64,000 nucleotides of DNA, from assembly GCA_963666215.2 (NCBI GenBank), contig CAXWPL010000005.1:1504001-1568000 (forward strand), given 5' to 3'. Below, in pieces: positions 31,133-41,453 of the stretch. The notes beneath the pieces were generated by a model that saw nothing but the letters and a program-made list of their open reading frames with translations, was not told where the DNA came from and made no database searches. The DNA comes from Acidobacteriota bacterium (GTDB taxonomy: Bacteria > Acidobacteriota > UBA890 > WLXD01). A program made the position numbers and the translations under genes. Positions within the stretch are counted from its first letter, which is position 1; each line of letters begins with the position of its first letter.

Positions 31133-31549
31133 AAGCAGTACGCCTCGAAGGCTTACCAGGATCGGCTGGCTGAGCTGCGGTTTCGCTGCAGCATGTCCGG
31201 CGTCGGAAATTGTCATGACAATGCGGTCTTGGAGAGCTTCTTCGACAGTCTCAAGACCGAGATCTGGGACCGACCCTTCGAGACTCGTCAGCGAGCTCAC
31301 GACGAAGCGGTTTCTTACCTCGAAGTGTTCTACGACCTGAGACGCCAGTATTCGACGCTCGGATTCCTCAGCCCCGAGGCCTTCGAAGGGGCAGCGTGAA
31401 CTCACGTGCGACCGGCGGCCGGATCCGAAGGGAGGCTGCGCTCCCCGAACCTCCCACAGCCTCGTCCGAAGCTGACTACCCGAACTGATGCAGAGTAGGA
31501 ACTGCCCCGATGGGGCTTAACTTGGTGTCCACGAAACCGTGACCGCTCA
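31133..31549 (+). pseudogene. IS3-family transposase 3' remnant with right end
   Basis: QYAS..SMSGVGNCHDNAVLESFF..LKTE..YSTLGFLSP; followed by GTGTCCACGAAACCGTGACCGCTCA. Confidence 0.8.
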
Positions 31550-32007
31550 GAACCCCTGCCGAAGTCTTCGATGAGCTTGTACACTCTGCTCACCAAGGCA
31601 ACGTTGCGACGACCCCTTGAACCCAATCAATACGCCTCGAAGGCTTACCAGGATCGCCTGGCTGAGCTGCGGTTTCGCTGCAGCATGTCGGGCGTCGGAA
31701 ACTGTTACGACAATGCGGTCTTGGAGAGCTTTTTCGACACTCTCAAGACCGAGGCCTGGGACCGACCCTTCGAGACTCGGCAGCGAGCTCACGACGAAGC
31801 GGTTTCTTACCTCGAAGGGTTCTACAACCTGAGACGCCAGCACTCGACGCTCGGATTCCTCAGCCCCGCGGCCTTCGAAAGGGCAGCGTGAACTCACGCG
31901 CGACCGGCGGACGGATCCGAAGGGAGGCTGCGCTCCCCGAACCTCGCACAGCCTCGTCCGAACCTGACTACCCGAACTGATGCAGAATAGGAACTGCCCC
32001 GATGGGG
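31549..32007 (+). repeat. Diverged tandem copy of 31057-31516 (IS30 end plus IS3 remnant)
   Basis: Colinear sequence from AGAACCCCTGCCGAAG to GAACTGCCCCGATGGGG with scattered substitutions; cut by IS5. Confidence 0.9.
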
Positions 32008-33123
32008 GGCCTTGTTGCACGATTCAACCCGGAGCGAGTCGGGACCGCTTTCCCAATCCCCTCGCTCAGGACACTACGGCGTAGGACTTCGGTCTGCCGA
32101 GCTCGGCCATCCGGTTGAGGATGTGACACCCGATCATGACTTCTCTCGTCTGCGCCTTGCTGTGCCTCGCCTTCAGGCCGCCTCCCAGCAGCGACTTGTA
32201 TCGGAAGAACCCGTTCTCAACCCGAGCCTGCTGCCGATAGCCCGACTCCTTCTGCCATTCTCGTCGTCCGACGTTGTGGATACTCTGCAAAGCCGCGTCT
32301 CGCTGCGCCCACGGACCGTCCGTGGACTCCGCGGACACCGCCGAGTGACGAGGCGGGATCACGATCAGGACGTCCTCTGTACCGGCCGCCCCGATGCGAT
32401 CGTAGATCGATCTGTGGTCATAGGCTCCGTCCGCCGTGAAACGCCGGATTGGAGCCTCGATCTGGTCGAGGAGATCAGGGAGGGTGGAGGCGTCGCCCTC
32501 GCTGCTCGCCGTGAGCTCGGCCGCCACGATGAAGCCCTCGTCATCCACTCCGATGTGCAGCTTCCGCCAGTCCCGGCGCTTCCTCGATGCCTTGTACTTG
32601 TGCACGTTCCACTCGCCAGAACCCAGGATCTTGAGCCCCGTGGAATCGACGACCAGGTGGATCGGGCCATCGTGGGCTCGGATCAAGGGCGGCACCTCGA
32701 CGTCCTGGTTCCGGCGCGAGAGTGTGGTGTGGTCTGGGGCCTTGAGGTCCAGGCCCATCAAGCTCAGCAGCGAGTCCAGGAATCCCTCGGTCTGGCGAAG
32801 CGGCAGACAGAAGACCATTCTCAGCGTCAACGCAGTCAAGATCGCGAGGTTCGAGTAAAGTCGCTGGCCTCCACGGAGGCCGTTCTTCGGTGGTGTCCAC
32901 GCGGCGATCGCCTCCTCGCTCAGCCAGATCGTGACATCGCCGCGGCTCCTGAGGCCACGCTCGTACTTCCTCCAGTTCCGGACTCTGTACTTTGTCTTGT
33001 ACTCGCGGTTGACTCGGCTCGACTTCCGTGCGGCCATGGCATTGCCCCCTCGATCTCCATGAATGATCGGGCTCCGAACCGATGCTACCGTCGGGGCCAA
33101 AGGCGATTTCATGCACCAACGCC
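32008..33123 (-). mobile_element. IS5-family (IS903-like) element, copy 1; transposase 33037-32066
   Basis: Ends GGCCTTGTTGCA / TGCACCAACGCC; YRVRNW..Y..GL..RGDVTIW, DSTGLKILGSGEW, WRKLH, ADGAYD. Confidence 0.9.
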
Positions 33124-33213
33124 GTGGGGATCAAGAAGCGCGGGTCGGGAGTGCCTAGTACCTCTCACCCAGGGGGCGGGTGCTTCGTGGAAGGTCGGCG
33201 GCGGCTCGTTGCA

Positions 33214-33708
33214 TCAATCCTCTTCGGCGACTCTGGTCTTGAGGTACCCAACGTCGGCTGCGTCGCTCGGGCGAACCGTGTCCTTCATCCGGATGAGCAT
33301 TTCCTTGGTCGCTACAGGTACTGGAACGCCTTCAATCTCGATCGTCTCGACGCCCGCTTCGATGGTTGCCTGGGCGAAGTCGATGCCGCACGCCCTCGCC
33401 ATCAGATCCACGATGATTTCGTCCGCCACCCGCACTACGGCATAGCGCGAGATCTCGTCATCCCTCACCTCTGCGACTGCATTGTCCTCTAGATACGAGA
33501 GCGCCTCGCGAATCCTCTGCACGTTCGCTGGTGTGGTGTCGACCAGAAGGTCGATGTCTTTGGTCCCGCGTACGAACCCATGAAGGATCACCGCGAAACC
33601 CCCGATAAGGATGTAGCGGACCCCGGCTTCGTTTAGCCGCCGGCAGAGCTCGACGAGGTCTTCGAGCTCTGGCGCGCGTGAATACGTGCCATCTGGCGAA
33701 TCAGCCAC
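33214..33708 (-). CDS. Nucleotidyltransferase family protein
   Basis: YILIGGFAVILHGFVRGTKDIDLL, MKDTVRPSDAAD; same family as 1011-1484. Confidence 0.82.
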   Translation of the reverse strand: MADSPDGTYSRAPELEDLVELCRRLNEAGVRYILIGGFAVILHGFVRGTKDIDLLVDTTPANVQRIREALSYLEDNAVAEVRDDEISRYAVVRVADEIIVDLMARACGIDFAQATIEAGVETIEIEGVPVPVATKEMLIRMKDTVRPSDAADVGYLKTRVAEED

Positions 33709-33863
33709 TTGTCCGCATCCTCGTGGGTGGTGAAACGGTGCACACCTCTCGGGGCCAAGCCAACGCCCCGCAACCGGTTGATGAGTCGCTGCATCGCTCG
33801 ACTTTCGGCGATCGGGCTCTGAGAGCCTTTGCGTTTGGTGTGGATTCGTTGATCGTTGCTCAC
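33633..33863 (-). CDS. Small hypothetical partner protein
   Basis: Overlaps the nucleotidyltransferase start; PRGVHRFTTHEDADKW motif. Confidence 0.65.
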   Translation of the reverse strand: MSNDQRIHTKRKGSQSPIAESRAMQRLINRLRGVGLAPRGVHRFTTHEDADKWLIRQMARIHARQSSKTSSSSAGG

Positions 33864-33888
33864 GCGTTCTTCTTCCCGGACTCTAAGT

Positions 33889-34108
33889 CTATCCTTGCCG
33901 GTGCCAGCGGACGACCGTCTCGGGCTGGACGATCACGAGCGCCTGCTTCCAACGACTCCATCGGCGCCGGAGAATGCTCCAGAAGACCCGATCGACGGTG
34001 GTCAACAACGGCCGCTTCGCGGCCTGAAGCACTGAGAGCTGCTGCCGAAGAGCCAGGTTTTCGAGGGCGAGCTCGCGGCGAGTCTGGAAAGCCGCCAGTC
34101 CTGAGCGA
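33889..34108 (-). pseudogene. Fragment of an integrase-core transposase
   Basis: ELALENLALRQQL...LVIVQPETVVRWHR, similar to the N-terminus of the 19533 ORF; cut by IS6. Confidence 0.8.
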
Positions 34109-34913
34109 GGTACTGTCAGGTTGAGCCGATGGGTGGCAGAGTCAGCCCATGAAGAGCAGCACACCCAGCTACCGCGGCCACCGGTTCCCGCCCGAGATCA
34201 TCACTCACGCCGTCTGGCTCTACTATCGCTTCTGCCTGAGCCTTCGCGACGTCGAGGATCTCCTTGCGGAGCGGGGAATCGTCGTCTCCTACGAGACCAT
34301 CCGTCAATGGTGCCGGAAGTTTGGCACCGAGTACGCCCGTAAGCTGAAGCGGCGCGACGGGCGATTGGGCGACACGTGGTTCTTGGACGAAGTCTTCGTG
34401 ACCATCCAGGGCAAGAGGCAGTACCTGTGGCGTGCCGTCGACCAGGACGGCGACGTGATCGACATCCTTGTGCAGCCACGTCGTGATCGAAAGGCAGCCG
34501 AACGCTTCTTCCGCAAGCTGTTGAAGGGCCAAGGAGCAGAGCCGCTACGCCTAGTGACCGACAAGCAGGAGCTACGGCGCGGCGCAGCGGACCATCATGC
34601 CCTCCGTCCGGCACGAAACGAGGCAGTACGCCAACAACCGAGCTGAGGTTTCCCACCAGCCGACGCGTCAGCGAGAGCGACAGATGCGTCGCTTCAAGTC
34701 GCCCGGCCAAGCGCAACGCTTTCTCTCCGCTCACGCAGTCATCCAGAACCTGTTCCGCGTTGGGCGGCACCTCGTCAGCTCAGCCAACCACCGGACGCTG
34801 CGAGATCGCTCCTTCGGCGTCTGGAGGCAGGTGACGTGTGTCTCCTGAATCCGAGCCGGCAGACCCTCGATAACGCCAGATCTCGCCTCGACCAAGGCCA
34901 AGTTGACAATGCC
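34109..34913 (+). mobile_element. IS6-family element, copy 1; transposase 34149-34848 frameshifted near 34566
   Basis: TIR GGTACTGTCA / TGACAATGCC; YRGHRFPPEII, LDEVFV, YLWRAVD, NNRAEVSH. Confidence 0.9.
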
Positions 34914-35160
34914 CCGGCGGGTCCTCGAGAAAGAAGTAGCGGAAGTTATCGCCGAAACTCTCGACGAGGCCGGGCGCCAACGGCTGAGACGAACCGTTCT
35001 CGACCACGATCACCTCGTACTCCCGCGGGCCGACTCTTCGCTGAAAGGCCGCCGACAACGAGTACAGAGTGCGCGGGGCTTCCCGGCGCATGTTGTGGAC
35101 GGCCACGACGATCGAGAGCCTCGGCTCCGCCACCTCGCTCGACCCGCGCTGCCCCGTCAT
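34914..35160 (-). pseudogene. GT2 glycosyltransferase 5' fragment truncated by IS6
   Basis: RLSIVVAVHNMRREAPRTL...YEVIVVENGS; ATGA overlap with the upstream gene. Confidence 0.8.
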
Positions 35161-36554
35161 GGGAGATACCCGAGCGCTCGTAGCTCCTCGATGTCCTCGG
35201 CTTCCAGTTCGCTGGCCGGGGACTCTTGGACGGACAGCCAGTAGGCCGCGAGGAGTCTCACCAACTCTCGATGCCGAGGGTCGTCGGGATCCGGAGCGCC
35301 GCCGTCAAGCTCTTCCGGGTCCTGCACGAGATCGAAGAAGCGAAATGAGCCCTCGCTCCAGATCGCCTTCAGATTGGAGTCGAAGACCGCAAAGTGGTCC
35401 ACGTCCGGGGCCTCGTCAAACTGCTGCTCGCCGAGAGAACGGACCTCGGCGAAGTAGCGGCGGGGCGCAAGCGGCTCGCCCCTCAGGGCAGCGGCCAGCG
35501 AACGCCCCGCGAGGTTCTGCGGAATCGGGACGCCGAGCAAGTCCAGGATCGTCGGCGTGACGTCGATCAAGCCCACCCGGCCTGCGATCCTCTTTGGCGT
35601 ACGAGCTTCAGGCACTCGGATGATCAGGGGGACGTGGAGCACGGGCTGCCAGAGAATCCAGCCGTGGCCTATTGCGTCGTGCTCCCCGAGCGCTTCCCCA
35701 TGGTCCGACGCCAGGACAACGAGAGTGGTGCCCATCAGATCGCGATCGCGCAATTCGGCCAGCACCTGCCCAACGAATCGGTCCACCGCGAGCACTTCGC
35801 CGTCGTAGAGCGCCCTGAGCGCCGCTCGCTCCTCGGCGCTCCAGGGAATCGCATCACCGAGGCCAAGCAGCGCCCCAACCTCGGCACCCTCTGCAAACGG
35901 CCCCTTGTATCCCGCGCTGGCATGTCTCTCCCGAGCATGGGGCGACAGGCGATAGGGAGTGTGAGTGTCAAAGTAGTGAAGCCACTAGAAAAAGGGCTCT
36001 TCCGAGCGAACATCGAGCCAGGACAGGGCTCGTTGGTTGACTTCCTCGCTCGGCAGGGCATGGGGCGACTTCTCCGGCGGATCGATCTGGACGGAGAAGC
36101 CCTGGTGCAAGCCTCCACGGGTCAGCAGGGAACTGACGCTGACGAAGGCGGCCGTCTGATAGCCGCGCTCGGCGAGCGTCTCAGCGAGGGTTGTGAACCC
36201 GTCGCCGAGCCCATCACCGTTCCAGCGCACGCCGTGGTCTCTCGGATAGAGGCCGGTGAGCATGGTGGTATGGGAGGGGAAAGTCGTTCCGATGGCGCTC
36301 ACGGCGTTATCGAAAACCGTCGCCGACGCAGCCAGCGTGTCGATGTGGGGCGAAAGGCCCAAGGGGTTGCCATACGTGCCGAGCGCGTCCGCCCGCAGAG
36401 TGTCGAGCGTTATGAGGACGACATTCAGGGCCTCGGATGGGCGCGAGCACGCACCCAGGCTCGACGTCACGATCAGAGCCGCCCCGACCCGCATCCACCT
36501 CGTCGTTCGCCGGCTCTTCGGGAAGAGTTCGCGAGGCAAGGCGTGCGCAGTCAA
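35157..36554 (-). pseudogene. Sulfatase-like (alkaline phosphatase superfamily, TxPSH type) lipoprotein with an in-frame TAG at 35985-87
   Basis: NVVLITLDTLRAD, TFPSHTTMLTGLYP, EPFF*WLHYFDTH, YDGEV, SDHGE, LRALGYL. Confidence 0.82.
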
Positions 36555-37189
36555 GGGCAGCGCCTCAAGTAGCCGTTGGGGTTGTAAGTCGCGTTGGTCC
36601 CGAACATATCGGTGTAGTCAGTGACTACCTCGAACGACCCTGGCCATCTCTCGAAGAACTCCGCGATCGCGCGGTTGGGCCCACCGGAGTACTTGTCCGA
36701 CAGCCCAAGCTCCGCCAGGACACCGTCTTCGATCACCAGGAGCTCACCGGCGCAAAGGTGACTCCGGAAGAAGTCCAGAGCCGCTAGGCAGCCCGCGTGA
36801 GTATGAGCCGAGTCCTCGACCACCAGCCACGGACGAGGTAAAGAGAAAAGGTCTTGCTGCGTGAACACCTCGTCCAGGTTCCCGACATCACCTTCGAGGA
36901 AGCGGCCGTCACAGTCCGGCGGATTCGTCGGAGTGTTCATGTCGATCGAAACAACGGTGGCGCCGAGGTCGAAAGTCGCGGCAGAGTCACAAAAGAACAA
37001 GGCACTGCCCCCCTCCTTCGAGCCGATTTCGAGAATTGTCTTCGGTTTCTCGGCCCACAGCAGGCGGAGGTAGATCGCCAGATCGATCGGACTCTTGAGA
37101 CAGGGCACGCCCTTGTACGTGTAGCCGAGGGACCCCTGTTGGTAGGCATCCAGGAAGTCCGCGGAAAAGGCGGTCTCAAACGACCTCAT
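36551..37189 (-). CDS. CmcI family (cephalosporin hydroxylase-like) methyltransferase
   Basis: YKGVPCLKSPIDL..Y, ILEIGSKEGGS, VVEDSAH, LVIEDG, TYNPNGYLRR. Confidence 0.85.
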   Translation of the reverse strand: MRSFETAFSADFLDAYQQGSLGYTYKGVPCLKSPIDLAIYLRLLWAEKPKTILEIGSKEGGSALFFCDSAATFDLGATVVSIDMNTPTNPPDCDGRFLEGDVGNLDEVFTQQDLFSLPRPWLVVEDSAHTHAGCLAALDFFRSHLCAGELLVIEDGVLAELGLSDKYSGGPNRAIAEFFERWPGSFEVVTDYTDMFGTNATYNPNGYLRRCP

Positions 37190-37193
37190 CTCC

Positions 37194-38087
37194 CTATCCC
37201 CTACGGCCTTCGCCACCAAACCGCTGTCCAATCGACCTCCTCGTATCGGGCAATGCCTCTCCTCGCCTGCCGAAGAAGTCTTCGACAGCGGCCCGACACT
37301 CGGCGATGTTGTTGAAATCATCGACAATGACAATGCCGCCCGGCACCACATTCTCGTACTGATGGACCAGTGTATCCATCGTCGAGCTGTAGAGATCTCC
37401 GTCGAGTCGCAGGAGCGCGAGCCGATCCACCGGAGCCGCCGGCAGAGTCTCGCTGAACCATCCCTCCAGGAAGATCACCTGCTCGTCCAGTAGATTGTAG
37501 CGCTCGAAGTTGCGCTCGACCTCTTCGCGGCTCACGGCCAGTTCTGGAAACTGGGCCTTGCTGAGGTCAAGGCTATCGCTCTCCATCGGCGTGGGCAGGC
37601 CATCGAAAGAATCCGCCACAAAGACCCGCCGATCGGCCATTGAGAAGGCGCGAAGATAGCCACGCATGAAGATGCAGGCACCTCCTCTCCATACACCGCA
37701 CTCCATCAGGTCGCCTGGAATACCCTCGCGCCGGATCAGCTCCATGCAGTGATGGAGGTTGTCCATTCGTAGCTTGCCGATCATCGAATGGTTGAAGCCC
37801 GAGTTGTGGATGTCCCGATACGGGAACTGACCGATTCGCCGCGAGCGCAGGTACTCCTGGTGGACTTCGGGCGACGCCAGGCTCACGTCATGAAGTGCCC
37901 TGTAGTCGAACTGAGCTTCGCCCCGCAGGCAACGGCATAGGTAAGAGATGCGCTCCTCGTCCTCGAGGTAGAGCGTGTTGATCAACGCCCTCTTCAGCAA
38001 GTCCAGGTAGAGGTCCTGCGACCCGACCGAGTCTCGCTCGGGATCGGTGCGCTCCTCCTCTTCGCTGCAGCTACGTAACTCGGCCAA
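37194..38087 (-). CDS. TylF/MycF/NovP family O-methyltransferase; probable frameshift near 37245
   Basis: SMIG..RMDNL, PGDLMECGVWRGG, DSFDGLP, GWFSETLP, LRLDGDLYSST, IVDDF. The alternative frame gives the expected end EVDWTAVWWRRP*. Confidence 0.88.
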   Translation of the reverse strand: MAELRSCSEEEERTDPERDSVGSQDLYLDLLKRALINTLYLEDEERISYLCRCLRGEAQFDYRALHDVSLASPEVHQEYLRSRRIGQFPYRDIHNSGFNHSMIGKLRMDNLHHCMELIRREGIPGDLMECGVWRGGACIFMRGYLRAFSMADRRVFVADSFDGLPTPMESDSLDLSKAQFPELAVSREEVERNFERYNLLDEQVIFLEGWFSETLPAAPVDRLALLRLDGDLYSSTMDTLVHQYENVVPGGIVIVDDFNNIAECRAAVEDFFGRRGEALPDTRRSIGQRFGGEGRRG

Positions 38088-38385
38088 CTCGCTTCATCTC
38101 CTTCATTGCTTGTTCACCGACGCTACCGGGACTTTACCTCGTTGGCTCGCCACCACTCGAAGATGGCCTGCCCCGCCGCAGCGTATCCGCTTGGCGTCAT
38201 GTGCCCGTCGTAGCTCCAGTAGGTTCGATTGCCCGTACTCTCCAACCGCCGCAGGGACGCTGTCAAGTCGAGGAATGGCAGCGGGTGCACGACACCAGAG
38301 TGATGAGCTGGATCCGGGTTGACGTTCCGTAGGTCTTGGCGATAGTGTTCTGACAGCTCTATAGACTGTCAGAATGGAGGCTGCC

Positions 38386-38805
38386 ATGACCGACACTCCG
38401 CCCCGCCTTGCCGAGCTAGAGAAGCGACGCCGAGAAGTGCGAGAGCTGCTGGGCAATATCGGCGAGATGCGCCCCGGATCTTTGGTCGGACGCTACCGCA
38501 AGTGCGGCAAGCCGGGCTGCCACTGTGCGCGGCCCTCCGAGCCGGGGCATGGCCCGAGCTGGTCACTCACCCGCCGGGTCGAGGGCAAGACTGTGACCAA
38601 GGTCATCCCCCCAGGCCCAGGCGTCGAGCGCACCAGAGCGCAGATTGACGAGTGCCGGCGCTTTCGGCGCCTGGCTCGGGAGCTGATCGAGATCAGCGAG
38701 CAGCTGTGCGACGCGGCACTGCGAAGGGCGGAGGATCCGGAGGAGCAAAAAGGGGGCTCCAGACGATTTTCGAGGCCGAGATCGCGACCGAAGTCGAGGC
38801 GCTGA
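38386..38805 (+). CDS. DUF6788-like Zn-binding ORF of ISKra4
   Basis: MRPGSL..RYRKCGKPGCHC...GHGP; GGAGG RBS. Confidence 0.75.
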   Translation: MTDTPPRLAELEKRRREVRELLGNIGEMRPGSLVGRYRKCGKPGCHCARPSEPGHGPSWSLTRRVEGKTVTKVIPPGPGVERTRAQIDECRRFRRLARELIEISEQLCDAALRRAEDPEEQKGGSRRFSRPRSRPKSRR

Positions 38806-40108
38806 TCAGCCCAGAGGCGCTCGAGGCGCTCGACTTCGAGGCCTTGGAGACGAGCGCGCGCCGGCGGGCCCTCGAGCTGGCGGCACGGGCAGTGGAGCAG
38901 CGGCTCAATTCGGATCACACCGATCACGTCGGTGCGGCGGCGCCGTGCGACTGCGCTCAGACGGCTCGCTACGCCGGTCGTCGGGCCAAACGCTTCGAGA
39001 CCGTCCTCGGATCGATGCACCTGGAGCGGGCGTATTACGACTGTCTGCACTGTCAGAAAGGCTTCTGCCCTCGCGACCGTGTGCTGGGTCTCGAAGGCCG
39101 CTCGCTGTCGCCGGCCGTCACCCGGATGGTGGGCACCGTCGGTGCCCTGGTGAGCTTCCAGGAGGGCAGCGAGCTTCTCTCGGAGCTTTCGGGGATCGAG
39201 GTCGGCGCCAAACAGGTGGAGCGCACCTCGGAGGCCTTGGGGCGCGAGATTGCGGCCTACGAGCAACAGGTCATCGAGCCCGTCGAGTCTTCACACATCC
39301 CGCAGACGCTCTACCTGGGAGTGGACGGCACCGGGGTGCCGATGCGCCGCTGCGAGCTTACCGGCCGCCCGGGCAAGCAGCCCGACGGATCGGCCAAGAC
39401 CCGGGAGGTGAAGCTTTGTACGCTCTGGAGCGCCGAAACCCGCGACGACGAGGACCGCCCGGTGCGCGATCGGGGCTCGGTGAGCTACTCCGCCGCCATC
39501 GAGACGGCGGCTACTCAGGACGTGGACTCAACTCAACCGTGGCTCCCTTCTGGCAGCGAGTCGAGCGCGAAGCGAAGCGTCGAGGCTTCGATCGAGCCCG
39601 ACGCCAGGTCTTCCTCGGCGATGGGGCACTGTGGATCTGGAATCTCGCCGACGAGCTCTTTCCCAAAGCGACCCAGATCGTCGACCTCTTCCACGCCATG
39701 GAGCACCTCAGCGAGGTGGCGCGGGCGATCTATGGAGCCTCCAGCGACCTCGCCACCGCCTGGGCTCGGCAGCGCTATGACGAGCTCGAGGCCGGAGACC
39801 TCGACGCCCTTCTCGGAGTCCTCCGTACGCACCAGACCAGCTGTGAGGAGGCTCGCAAGGCGGCGGCGTACTTCCAACGCAACCAACACCGTATGCGCTA
39901 CGATCGCTTCCGCGCCAAAGGGCTCTGCACCTCGACCGGCGTCGTTGAAGCCGGGTGCAAGGTCGTCGTCGGCCACCGCCTCAAGCGCGCTGGGATGCAC
40001 TGGAGCCTCAACGGCGCTAACGCCATCCTGGCTCTGCGCTGTGCGAGGCTCAGCGGCCGATTCGAGATGTTCTGGAACTCCACACACCGCTGCCGACACA
40101 CTGCGTAA
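38750..40108 (+). pseudogene. ISKra4 transposase, frameshifted by a 5-bp duplication at 39526-35
   Basis: LERAYYDC..C..GFCPRD, GVDGTGVP, KTREVK | LGDGALWIW, IVDLFHAMEHL, RMRY, GVVEAGCK..RLKRAGMHW. Confidence 0.85.
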
Positions 40109-41384
40109 CAGCCGCACCCAACCACCTCATCTCACAAATCTGACGTACGCCCAATGGCAGCGAGAGTTCTCGTGTGGTCGCCTCGAGGCTTCGCGCCTGG
40201 GCTTGGTACCGCTCATCGAGCAGCGACTCTCCACTACCTTCCGAGAACTCGAGCTGATGCGGCAAGTAGCCATCCCAAACCTGGAGCAACGTCGGCAGGT
40301 AGACGACCCAGAGACGGCACGAGTAACCGGCCACGTAGTCCCTGACGGAGGTGAGATACTCGCCCAACTCAGCCGGCTTTTGAAGGGTTTCCCTCATGCG
40401 CGCATAGTGATTCGCCACGAAGGCGTTGAAACGGCCCATCCTCATCGCCTCGGCGATGTCGGGGCGCACGTACTGCTCCATCTCGGACGCTCTCCGGCCG
40501 TCCGACCACGGATTCCGAGGATCCGGAACGGCCGCGACGAAAGACGCCGGCTCCCCTCGCCAGCGGGGAGCGATCGGCCTGCCCCGTGCCAGCCCACGCA
40601 CCAGGTAGTAGAACCGCGGGATCCACCACCGTGAGACCTCTGGCTCCACGGCGCCCTCCTGCCAGCCGGGGCCCAGCTCGAACGGGGCGATAAGGTCATT
40701 CGGATAGAGAACGAGAATGAGATGGTCTGGACGGAAAAGCGGGACGGAGTCTCGGACCAGCATCGAGTACTCGCGCAAGCCGGCTGCTCCAACTCCCATG
40801 TTCAGGACTTCGCCACCCCGATCGCGATCGAGCTCAGCCTCGAATGCCGCCGGAATCGTGTCGGACGCGCCGGCCATGAATCCCTCCACCATACTGTCCC
40901 CGACGATGGCGATGCGCGGCCCGTTCACTGGCTTGGGGCGCCAATTGTGGTCCCGGAAGCCATAGAGGCTGAGCCGGTGAGTGATGTCGACGCCGTCCGG
41001 ATCGGAGATCCATCGAATCCGCGCGTTGGCCCGCGACGACCGCGGCTCGAGGGCCCCGGCGGTTACCGCCAGACTGTAGGTGCCGCGGTCGAAGTTGAGA
41101 ATCTCGGGGACCGGGAAGACCAGACGAAGAAGACTCTCGAGCAAAACAAGACCGTAGACGGTCACGCCGATCCAGCGGCGGTTCTTCCGGTTCACCATGT
41201 TGCGAGTCTCGAGAGGACGCAGTGCCCTATCGCCATCGTTCGATGCGCCCGGCGCGGCTCCGGCCCGCAAGACGCACGGCGATGATACGTCAGCCAACCC
41301 GAGAATCCAGGCAATGAACTCTGACCAGCCCGGCGGTCCGATGTTGCCTGGGCGCGGCGGAGTGAAAACCCGGGTCGGCCGGGC

Positions 41385-41419
41385 AACAAAGAAAGGGAGC
41401 GGCCCGAAAGCCGCTCCCT
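41385..41419 (-). terminator. Rho-independent terminator-like hairpin
   Basis: AGGGAGCGGC/GCCGCTCCCT 10-bp stem followed by TTCTTTGTT on the minus strand. Confidence 0.65.
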
Positions 41420-41453
41420 GGTTGTCCTCTCGACCGCTGCTCTGCCGGCTAGG

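Larger units (their letters stand above)
38283..40152 (+). mobile_element. ISKra4-family element
   Basis: Ends GGGTGCACGACA / TGACGTACGCCC; 9-bp TSD AATGGCAGC (38274-82, 40153-61). Confidence 0.9.
38123..41198 (-). pseudogene. SGNH/GDSL hydrolase-family membrane-anchored protein interrupted by ISKra4
   Basis: IVGDSMVEG, NMGVGA, YPND upstream of the IS; continues beyond it as LPFLDLT...YDGHMTPSGY...KSR*. Confidence 0.85.
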
